Below, in pieces: positions 26,001 to 35,800 of a stretch of 64,000 nucleotides of DNA. Origin of the DNA: Macrostomum hystrix. Its lineage: Eukaryota > Animalia > Platyhelminthes. A model generated the notes under the pieces. It did not search any database. It was not told the origin of the DNA and was given only the letters and a program-made list of their open reading frames with translations. A program made the translations under genes and the position numbers. The DNA lies in the NCBI GenBank assembly GCA_950097015.1, contig CATNEN010000003.1, positions 15,190,001 to 15,254,000 on the forward strand, given 5' to 3'. Each line of letters opens with the position of its first letter. The first letter of the stretch is position 1.

Positions 26001-29000
26001 GCCACTGCTCTCGTCACGGCGTCTCTGACGGGTCCGACGAGCGAGCTCGGCAGGTTGAGGGAGCGGACGAACACTGCGGCGAAGGCGTTCACCCTGGAGA
26101 CGGGGATGCGGCGCAGATTCTGGGTCGTCGCCGAGAAGGCTAGCTGGTCGAATCCGGTCCGAACCATCTCGATGAGGGTGGCGTTCTGAGCAGCGTCCGC
26201 CGGTGCGACTGTCGTTGTAGGCGCAGCCACTTCCTCGGCCAGCTCCTCGTCGAGCTCATCGACGGAGCGACGGCTTCGCAGGAAGGAGGCTCCGGCCAGC
26301 CGGCTCGCAGCCGCAGACATTGCGTAGTGTCGCAGTCCGGCCTCGACCAATCGCAGCTCATCGGCCGTGAGACCCCGTGGGACCTGCTCCGTCCACGAGC
26401 GGCAGCGCTTGATGAAAAAGCGCCGTTTGCAGCTCCGCCTTGGCACTGGTGTGAACTTGGCGACCAGCTGAGCGCTGGCCACGCTTCGGATCACGCCGAA
26501 CTCAACCTTCGCGTCATCGATGCGTCTCCCGGCTCCGATGAAGGTCTCGTAGTGGCCGCGACCGACCAGCGTGCTCACGGAAAACGAGAACGTGTGAAAT
26601 GAGACCGAGCGAGCGAAGGCCAGTGCCGACAGTCGGTCGGCCACCTCCTGCGGCAGTCCGCGAGACCGAATGCCGGCCTGCAGCTGAGAGCGCTCGACCG
26701 AGCCCTGAAACAGCTCGCTGTGCGCATTCGGCCCCACAATCAGGCAGGAGGGGCACAGCACTCCACCTGGCATGGGAGACGACAGGTGGCCCACCTGACT
26801 GCGCAGTGCCGAGATCACGCCAGACTCGGCCTGACTACTCAGCGCTCTGATGATCTGCGGCGGCCGCCTTGCCTGCACAGCGGCGAGAAGGCAGCAGCTG
26901 GCAGCGAGCAGGATCAGCAGTCGCAGCATCTGGCTGTGTGAGCTTTGAAGACTTTAAGGACTGAGTATTTAGAGGACTGAGTCTGCCTGACCTCTTTGCA
27001 AGCTGAACGGCCTCTCATATTTATAGGCGGAGATGGCATTCCGTTATCAATTTTAAACTCAACTTGATTTCCGTTCTGGAGTTTCACTTTTCCGTGCGGA
27101 GGCGGACAATTTCAAATAAGGTAATTTTCTAAAACTTTCTGCTGTCCTTTGCATTTTTATCTTGAACTGTACTTTATTGAGCTCGTTGTTCACCACCCGA
27201 AGTGGTTTCCGACTGATAAGGTTCTTGGCTTTATTGGGCTAAAATATACCTTGCGCACATTTACGAGTGAAATTAATTTTAGTTTCCAGATGCACATAAC
27301 GAGAGGGGTCCTTTATGAAGCAAATATTAGGACTTTCAAAGTGTTTGCTAGCTGCATAGCTTCACTTTCAAACCGCGCTGAGCACACTGAGCGGATGTCA
27401 AACTGTTGATTATGGAAGCTACAAGCTGCCATGTCGAAACTTCGAACCCAGGTCCCGTATCCTCTGGCGATCTCCCAGGTGCTCCTCGACTGTCTTCCAT
27501 CGAATTCGCGGAGATAATCAATTGGCACGGCGCCAATCAAGTCAAAAGCGTCGGACTCACGACTTAGAGGTCGGGGGTTCGATTCTCGACTCCACTAGAA
27601 CAATTTGTGTTTCTTAGCAAGATACTTAACGTTAAATTGATGTTAGATAGCATCAGCTGGGTTAATGGCGTCTCCCCATTCCATTTATTGTGTGGACTTT
27701 GGAGATGTACACATTTAAGTTTCTCCAGACAAGGAATTCTCGACAAGCAAATTTTCAGTTTTTCCCATGTTATCCACATACAGTTGATGACGCTCTAAAA
27801 CTATTTTTGGAGATGTTCCTCTGTCTACGCACTCAAAATTTGAGAGGAAGTGCGATCGTGGTCTGCTGTACTTTTGTCTAGAATTGTGATTGATTGATCA
27901 TCGGTCGCCCTCAATCGCGACAAATGACTGATGATTTGTTTGTAGAGAAGGCCACAGCTGACTCTATTCCCAAGTTTGACTTGAGCCGGCAGAAATTCCT
28001 TCAGCTGTCAGCTTCTCACCTTTCCTCGTCCTTGTAGACTGAAAAGTTCCTATAGCTGCACAACTCGGAGTTGTATCGGCAGTACACCACGGTCTCGTGG
28101 GCCTGCTGGAACACGCCTGGACTTCGGTAGGCGACACTCTTCAGGGCCAGTTTGCCATCTTCGTAAGCATCGTATGCTTCAATTGGCACGCTTGCATTGG
28201 TTAAGTTTGTCGGCAGACCCAATAGGTAGAACAGTCTGGGTACATCGTAAATCATTTGCGCCAGCCCACGTGGCTTACCTGAGGGAGGTTAAAAATTTTT
28301 TCAGGAAATTTTCCAAGAAGTCATAATCTTGAGTCACTGCAAAAACGGGCCCCAGTCAACAGCACCATCGTCTCTGAACTCGATTCCCGGGCGATGACTC
28401 AGGTCACAGCCGCTTAGAGAAGCCTTAACATGGTTTTTCGTCCGAAGTTCACCAAACTTTAAAGTGTACACTGCCTGGCAATGAGAATGTCAGGACAGAT
28501 GTGCACAGGTGTGCGAGTGTGTGCCAAGGAGTTGGCGGAATGGGCGAATGGCCTATTCGCTTGCTGCGGGTCTACTTTTGCTAATTTATGTACTAGTGCA
28601 ATCACAGATTTTTTCTTAGAATAATTTTTATGAATTCAAAATCAAGCAAGGCAAGCGAGCGAATGCACCTGTGAGCAGAAAATTATGCGGGCTCATGTAT
28701 TGTAGATGTATGGTAAATCTGCAGACTTTCATGGTCTGGATTTTACGGTTTAATGGTGCATTGGTCTTCTGTTCTTCTTCATGCACATCAGCTCAGCATC
28801 AAGCCTCAATTTCGATGGTTTCTTTAGCGTTTGAATATTTTTTTCTCACCTTTGATAGTAAAATTGCTAGCTATTGCCGGGCTGTCCTCAATGATGAAGC
28901 CTGTAGGGCAGATTGTCACGGCGGGAAATTGCAGGTCGACTTCGTCAGTCAGAAATTCGGTACTGACTGGGTACATGAGGTAGCGATTGACCAGCTGGGT

Positions 29001-29204
29001 GAGGTGTACGCAGAAGCCGATGCAACCTGCCGCGATCAGGCAGCACCAGACAGCCCTGTGCAGCTGATCTTCCTGCGTCAGTCGCCGAACGCCGTGAGCG
29101 CTGGTTCTTCCGGCAAAGGTCACTAGCGCGGAAGTCACCGGGTCGGTTTGACTGCATTTCGACTGCTGACTCGAAGTCTGCCGACAACTCGCTGATGACG
29201 TCAT
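23094..29204 (-). CDS. DEG/ENaC/ASIC-family amiloride-sensitive sodium channel subunit, paralog 1 (6 exons)
   Basis: Exons 29204-28850, 28278-28020, 24756-24596, 24503-24184, 24120-23610, 23512-23094. TSAHG pre-TM1 motif, TM1, FPAVTIC, GFKVVLHEP, Cys-rich thumb CGC, and FSDLGGIFGLWVGVSIITLIE (TM2 with GxS filter). Confidence 0.92.
25070..25282 (+). mobile_element. tRNA-derived SINE (family S3)
   Basis: A box TAGCCTAGTGATT, B box GGTTCGATTCT, then GTGTCCTTTGGAAAGGTACTTAA (CORE/V-like). Second head at ~27525-27700; 3' part matches ~41960-42040 in reverse. Confidence 0.75.
25685..26929 (-). CDS. Intronless 414-aa secreted protein of unknown family, nested in DEG/ENaC intron 2
   Basis: Long GC-rich ORF; signal peptide MLRLLILLAASCCLLAAVQA; central furin-type site RSRR followed by an acidic linker; upstream TATA box. 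Confidence 0.85.
   Translation of the reverse strand: MLRLLILLAASCCLLAAVQARRPPQIIRALSSQAESGVISALRSQVGHLSSPMPGGVLCPSCLIVGPNAHSELFQGSVERSQLQAGIRSRGLPQEVADRLSALAFARSVSFHTFSFSVSTLVGRGHYETFIGAGRRIDDAKVEFGVIRSVASAQLVAKFTPVPRRSCKRRFFIKRCRSWTEQVPRGLTADELRLVEAGLRHYAMSAAASRLAGASFLRSRRSVDELDEELAEEVAAPTTTVAPADAAQNATLIEMVRTGFDQLAFSATTQNLRRIPVSRVNAFAAVFVRSLNLPSSLVGPVRDAVTRAVATEGVEKRLSVLFNSEDDPSAIRFIQLALVRRSNWFDVASATVRLEARLADRLQLLVSQDDDGEGDIRVRRLPARVGQDEVLQVLRLLQSAASGQLSGKSRLLTA
27018..27025 (-). promoter_or_regulatory. TATA box of the nested gene
   Basis: CCTATAAATA on the minus strand ~90 nt above the ATG at 26929, with TCAG initiator-like sequences ~35-45 nt downstream. Confidence 0.6.
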
Positions 29205-29885
29205 TTAGTTGAGACGTTCTCAGTCAGATGTCCCTTACAAGCAGTGAGGCATGGGTTCTGGTCTAGCCGGTCTAAGGCTCTCCACCCAGAAAGTTTATCC
29301 TGAAAAGCTCTGCTGAGGTGAGCCTGATAATCTACCCTATCAACAGGCTTTAACCGTGGCTCAGATTGGTCAGCGAACCGAATCAAGCAATCAACTGCCA
29401 AAGATTTTGATTAGCGACTGGCGAAGGGATCGCGTTGGTCCGTGCAGGAATTCCCAGACTTATATCTTATCGAAAAGAAAATACTGAACTGACGAGCATT
29501 GCTCGAATTATTTACAATTCGCTCACCGGCGCAGTTCTAGCAGTGATTAGAAATTGACAGGTATTTAAAAATATTGCTTTGTAATCTTATTTTTAGGACC
29601 GCCTAAACCTCAATACAAATACGAATATAAGAGTTAGCAGCCATTTTAAGGTGAGTGAATTAGTAAAGTTTGCTTAGGTACTTGTAATACTCAATCATGA
29701 GATTACTGAGTATATTCAAGAATTTATGTAGTCACGACATGAAGTCTTAATTTCTATCGTATCACAGATAAGATCACAGATCACAGCGATGCAAATATAG
29801 CTCGTACTTTTTCCTGCCACGTGTTCAAACAGATACTCGCTGAGTTGTCTCCACAGGCACGAGTCGGTTTAGCAAAAGTCCAATA

Positions 29886-32800
29886 ATGAGCAGCATTGCC
29901 AGCGTACAATCGGACACGACAATCATTAACGTCACCAGAAACCGCTTGTGGCGTCTTCGTTTAAGCGGCGCACTTCAATCATTCGCCAGGGACACCACGG
30001 CCCACGGAGTCGCTCGGGTGGCTCAAGCTGCAGCTCCGGTGCCACAGCGACTTGCTTGGGCCTTCTTGGTACTCTTGGCCTGCGGTGGCTTCGCCTGGCA
30101 CCTGTCCCAGCTTGCTCAGCGCTACCTTGAGTATCCGGTCACAACTGAGCTGCTTCTGTCCGATGGCGATGATTTTCAATTTCCCGATGTAACCGTGTGT
30201 CCAAACGATTTCATTGTGAACGACAGTCCACAACCAATCTTCAGTCGATACTCGTTGAAAAGTAAGTTCAATAATTATTGTAACCGACTATTCAGGTCCA
30301 GCATTGTGAGACTGTATCAGTGAAAATTCTAAGAATTGCTGAAGATTCTATGAAAATCTTTAAGATTCTAGGAATCGAAGATTCTATGAAAATCCTGAAG
30401 ATTCTAGGAATCTTGAAGATTCTAGGAATCGAAGATTCTATGAAAATCCTGAAGATTCTAGGAATCTTGAAGATTCTAGGAATCGAAGATTCTATGAAAA
30501 TCCTGAAGATTCTAGGAATCTTGAAGATTCTAGGAATCGAAGATTCTATGAAAATCCTGAAGATTCTAGGAATCTTGAAGATTCTAGGAATCGAAGATTC
30601 TATGAAAATCCTGAAGATTCTAGGAATCTTGAAGATTCTAGGAATCGAAGATTCTATGAAAATCCTGAAGATTCTAGGAATCTTGAAGATTCTAGGAATC
30701 GAAGATTCTATGAAAAACTTGAAGATTCTAGGAATCTAGGATTTGTAGTTTTGTACAGCTCCAAGAAGCCAGCATAATGTGTGTGTATGGGTGTGTGTGA
30801 TTCAACTCGTTTGTTCCGATCATTAGTGCAGCTCGACGCACTAATAGAAACACGTTTCGTCCATTATTTTGGCAGTCTGTATTTGCTCACAATTGCATTG
30901 GAATGACTGGCCGAGAGTAGACACGGAAGAAAGAATAATTCCGTTGCCAATTCTTTGACATTGCAAACCACTTCGAGTACGCAAGGCTCTTTATTGACTT
31001 GCGCGAGCAAACACAGCGCAAAATGTCTGGCAAAGACACTCCAATTCATTCTACTACTTTATACAAGTACTCTAAGCAATACTCGAATCTACTCGAATTT
31101 TACTCGTTAATGTATCAAATGAACTAACTCTGAGAGCAGCCTACAATCGCACCATCGGAGACATGATCTACGACATACCGAGGCTCTTCTACACGCTGAC
31201 CAATGCCGATTGGAACGCTTCTGTGCCAGTTGAAGCCTTCGGCGCCTACGAGGACGGCAAGCTGGCGTTGAAAAGCTTGGCCTATCGACAGCCTGGCATA
31301 TTTCAGGAAAGTCACGAGACAGTCATCTATTGTAGATTCAACTCGGAGCCCTGTAGCTACGCTAACTTCACATACTTCAAGGACGAGGAGAGGTCAGTTT
31401 AAATCGTTTGATTATTACGCCAAGTTGATGTTTTTCTCTCCCACTGAAGCAAATTCGATTAGCACAACCCACAATCTCGTCCCCTTCGACACTTCACTGG
31501 GCTTGTCTGACGTCAATTCCTACACACCCCACAATCTCGTCCCCCTCGACACTGTACACTGGGCTGGTGTGACGTCGATTCCTACACACCCCACCATCTC
31601 GTCCCCCTCGACACTGTACACTGGGCTGGTGTGACGTCAATTTCTACACACCCCCACAATCTCGTCCCCCTCGACACTGTACACTGGTCTGGTGTGACGT
31701 CAATTCCAACACACCCACAACCTCGTCCTCCTCGACACTGTACACTGGTCTGGTGTGACGTCAATTCCAGCACCCCCACAATCTCGTCCCCCTCGACACT
31801 GTACACTGGGCTGGTGTGACGTCAATTCCTACACACCCCACCATCTCGTCCCCCTCGACACTGTACACTGGGCTGGTGTGACGTCAATTTCTACACACCC
31901 CCACAATCTCGTCCCCCTCGACACTGTACACTGGTCTGGTGTGACGTCAATTCCAACACACCCACAACCTCGTCCTCCTCGACACTGTACACTGGGCTGG
32001 TGTGACGTCAATTCCGAAACACCATGTGAATTACAAACAATTGTCTCCAAACAATTTTAGATTCCTTTGCATCTCCCTGACGCCAAGAAACCGTACAATC
32101 GTTGAGTCCGGAGAAGGCAAGGGTCTGTACCTGTTGCTGTATCAATACTCGAAGGCTTTCCTAACAGAGGAGCAGCAAATTGAAAGCATGCCAGGTTTCA
32201 GGGTGGCTCTGCACGAACCAGGTGAATAAAAAGACTGTCTGAAAATGCAGTGAAGCAAACTCTCTTAAACAGTAGAAAGATCACAGGATGGTATTTGAAA
32301 TATCTAAATTTTTCATTTTTTCAGTGTTCTCTAAAATATTAAACCAATCGCCATGAAAGTCCAGAACACGGGCTAAAGTTTTCCGCTCTATCCGATGAAA
32401 CAACTTCCAGAATCACAAAACATCGGCATCGTCGAAACTTTTAATGCATGTGGTGGGCTTTTTACGAAAATCGATCATTCGTTTTGTGAACTATTGTGAA
32501 ATACGCAGTGGATATTTGAAATATCCCCCGTGGTCTTCCCCAGGGAGAAAAATGGGTCTTAAATCATCGACTTTGTTTAAATAATCTTTACTTAAATTTT
32601 CACTAACAAGGAACAAAACCGGACTTCGCCAGCCAGTCATTCAGCGCACCGCTAGCTTACAAGACTTCTGCCGGCCTGGAGACTTCTGTAGAGCGCAAGC
32701 TGTCGCGTCAGAACATGCCGTGCACCGAACAACTGGCCAATGCCACTTACACCTGGGATTATTCCCGTCCTGGTGACTACGAGAATGCCACCTTCTTTGG

Positions 32801-35800
32801 CACCCTGCAGGACTGCGCAATAAGATCGAAGCAGGAAGATTTTGTTAAAACCTGCGGCTGCCTTGGCACTCATCTGGCGCTTCCGGCTGACATGCTGGAA
32901 GTTTGGCCGCCCTGCCATCAGCTGCCTGAGGAGGTGGGGTGGGTGGGGACAAAGACTTTGGCTGCCTGAGGAGGCGGGGTGGGCGTAGATAAAGACACTA
33001 GCTGCCTGAGGAGGTGGGGTTGGGCGGAGATAAAGACACCAGCTGCCTGAGGAGGCGGGGTTGGGCGGAGATAAAGACACCAGCTGCCTGAGGAGGCGGG
33101 GTTTGTCGGAGATAAAGACTCAAGCTGTTGCTCAGGGTGGTGGGGTGTGCGGGTACAAAGACACAAGCTGCTTTAGGGAGAAACATTAAAAAGTAGTTTT
33201 TAGAGTAAAGATTAAGCCATCTTCTTTTCCGTTCTCAGAAGCACGCGCTCATTGCTACTACAATTAGTGCCGTGTTATTTGTCTTGCATGCAACTAAAAG
33301 CTCATAAGCATATAAACTAGATTGAAAGCAAAATTATAAAATTTCAAGTCGCGAATACGAATTTATTGGTGGGGGCTTTTAATTTTAGCTTTCAATTTAC
33401 ACAAAATATATCCATTAGTTAATTACACAGATAAATGCCACACAGAGCCCTGTCTCTTAAATTTCCAGATATTTTTCCGCGATATTTTTGTCGCTGCTAA
33501 CAGGTACGCCTATTATTATACAATAACTAACGCAACTGGACAAAACGGTCCACTGACTGACTACCTGTTGGAGAATTGGCCGGCCTACAATTCAACTGGA
33601 GCTGTGCTCAAGTGTTATCGGCGGGTCCGGCAAAGGCAGAGCACTCAGGTGCGTAGAGGCGACATATGCTTGGTTGCTATGGGGATAACTGGGAAGGATC
33701 ACTGGTGTACCGCTGTTCAGTCCATGGACTAAAGAGGCTATTTTACAGCTGGCTGAACTGAAGCATCGATAATTGTTTCTCTGAGCTAAGATACGAACTA
33801 GCGACCACCGAGGATTATATAAAATTAGCTATTTGTAGCATAAAAAAGCATTAGCTAAGATTAGGCGATAGACGAGATTTCTGGAATGAAAAGTTCCAGT
33901 ACAAAATCGTTTTTTTTGTTCTATTGGATACTATGGCAGAGAAAGGCCGAGGTCTTTTTGCCATAGACAGCAAAAAGAACAGACAAGAATGTAGCTCGTA
34001 CTTAATATTGGTTTTTGCCAGGGACAACTAAAACCCTCGGGACGCGAAACGAGCCAATTCATGGCAAAGAATCTGAGGGGCTCGCTTAAAAGTATTGTTC
34101 TATGGCTTTTTCAAGTCTTCTCTGCTATCAGGCATTAACGGTTAGATTAAATAGCAAAGCGAGGCAATGTCGAGTATTTAATTTAAAGAATAGGAACCAG
34201 TGATATAGTTACAGTGTATTTACAATAAAGTAACCGCCATATCAACAAAAAAAACTCCAACGGCAAGAAGATAAAGGATGAAAGCGAAGATGAAACTCCA
34301 ACGGCAAGAAAATAGAAGCAAATACGGAGCTCCAAGGACAAGACGACACAAACAGTCAGTAGCTCGTACATAAAGGAAACGCTGGAACTTCAACTACTGA
34401 GCATCTAACTTCCGAAGCTATCTATCATGGGATGTCGTAGGTATTGGTGGGAGTTTTGACGAGCGTCTTACTAGTCCTTTGAAAAAAACGTTGGCTAGCG
34501 GACGGGAAACACTGTCCATGCTGAACTGTGTCTTAGTTGGAAAGTAAAAGTCCTTAATAACATAAAACAGCTTCTGCACGCGAGTTGCGCACGTAGGAGA
34601 GTGCAGAATAAAACTGCTGTAGCAGAGACAGGATAAGTCTAATGCTTTACGCACACGCCCATGCTGTCAGTCACTTTCTAAAAGAATAAACTTTGGGTTT
34701 CAAGTTGTTTGGACGAGACTGGCATGCAGAATTGAAGCGGAATTATGCAGCAGTAATGACAGCAAATGATCTGGTTTCTTACCTGGAGAATATTTGGCAG
34801 CGCCTTTCTCAATCTCTCTCGCTCCTGTGGATCTCTGGGAAACGCAAATATCCGTGTTCGAACGGCTTCAGAGTTGTAATTTGACGAGCACGGAAATGCG
34901 CTGCACTTTCTTGGCATTTCATCAAGTGAATAAAAAATGCTTCTCTTGATATAGTTCAGCTTAGCTTCACTGCTGGCCGCAGCTAAAGCAATTTTAATTT
35001 GCTTGATAGCAGAGAAGACTCGAAAAAGCCATAGAACAATACTTTTAAGCGAGCCCCTCAGATTTCTTGCCATGAATTGGCTCGTTTCGCGTCCCGAGGG
35101 TTTTAGTAGTCCCTGGTTTTTGCATGCTGAGACTTTTTTCAAGCAATCTGAGACTGAATAGCATAAACACTATTGTCTATGGCCACCCCTCGCTGCAGCC
35201 CAGTTTTTTGGGCGCACCTTGCAAGCAAAGTGAGAATTTTTTTAAAGCTAAGTGAGAACCACAGATACTATAATAACTTATTATATAGCTTTTTGCGTTC
35301 AATTTTGGACAGCGGGCTTTCAATTTCGGCAAGGGTCTATGTGTCAGTCTCCCATCCCCTCCCATTGGTGTCTATGGCCAGAAAATGCACAGAAGGGCTT
35401 TCAAATTCGACAGCGGGCAATCAATTTCGGCATTAATCCACTTAAGCAAACATTTAAACTGTATATATATTTCGGAGTTGAAAAACGCGAACATTTTGTT
35501 GAATGAATTCAATGCAAACTGGGACACTACGACATAGTCGCGAACGTGTGAAACAAGTCGGACCACAAAGACAAAGATAGTCAACATTTATCCCATTATG
35601 TTTTCTCTAGCCAAGCACGGAGGGATGAATCGCAGTGTGTGCTGAAACCAAGCACTGCACTTCTGCTAGGTGATGGCATCCATTGCCTCAACACCACAGC
35701 GCTGCAACACCATTATCCTCCAGTCCCTAGCGCTCATGTCCTCCGGAATAAGGGCAAATTCCTGCTGAACAGCTGGCTGACTCAGTTGGCGCTTCACTGC

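Noticed and set aside
25718-26941. Plus-strand ORFs overlapping the nested gene; similar antisense ORFs at 62046-62894 and 57284-57691
   Set aside because: Shadow ORFs of GC-rich coding sequence with no recognisable motifs.
31465-32015. CRISPR-like regular repeats (also 44930-46152 and 51470-52705)
   Set aside because: Head-to-tail units with no unique spacers, no cas genes, and a eukaryotic context.
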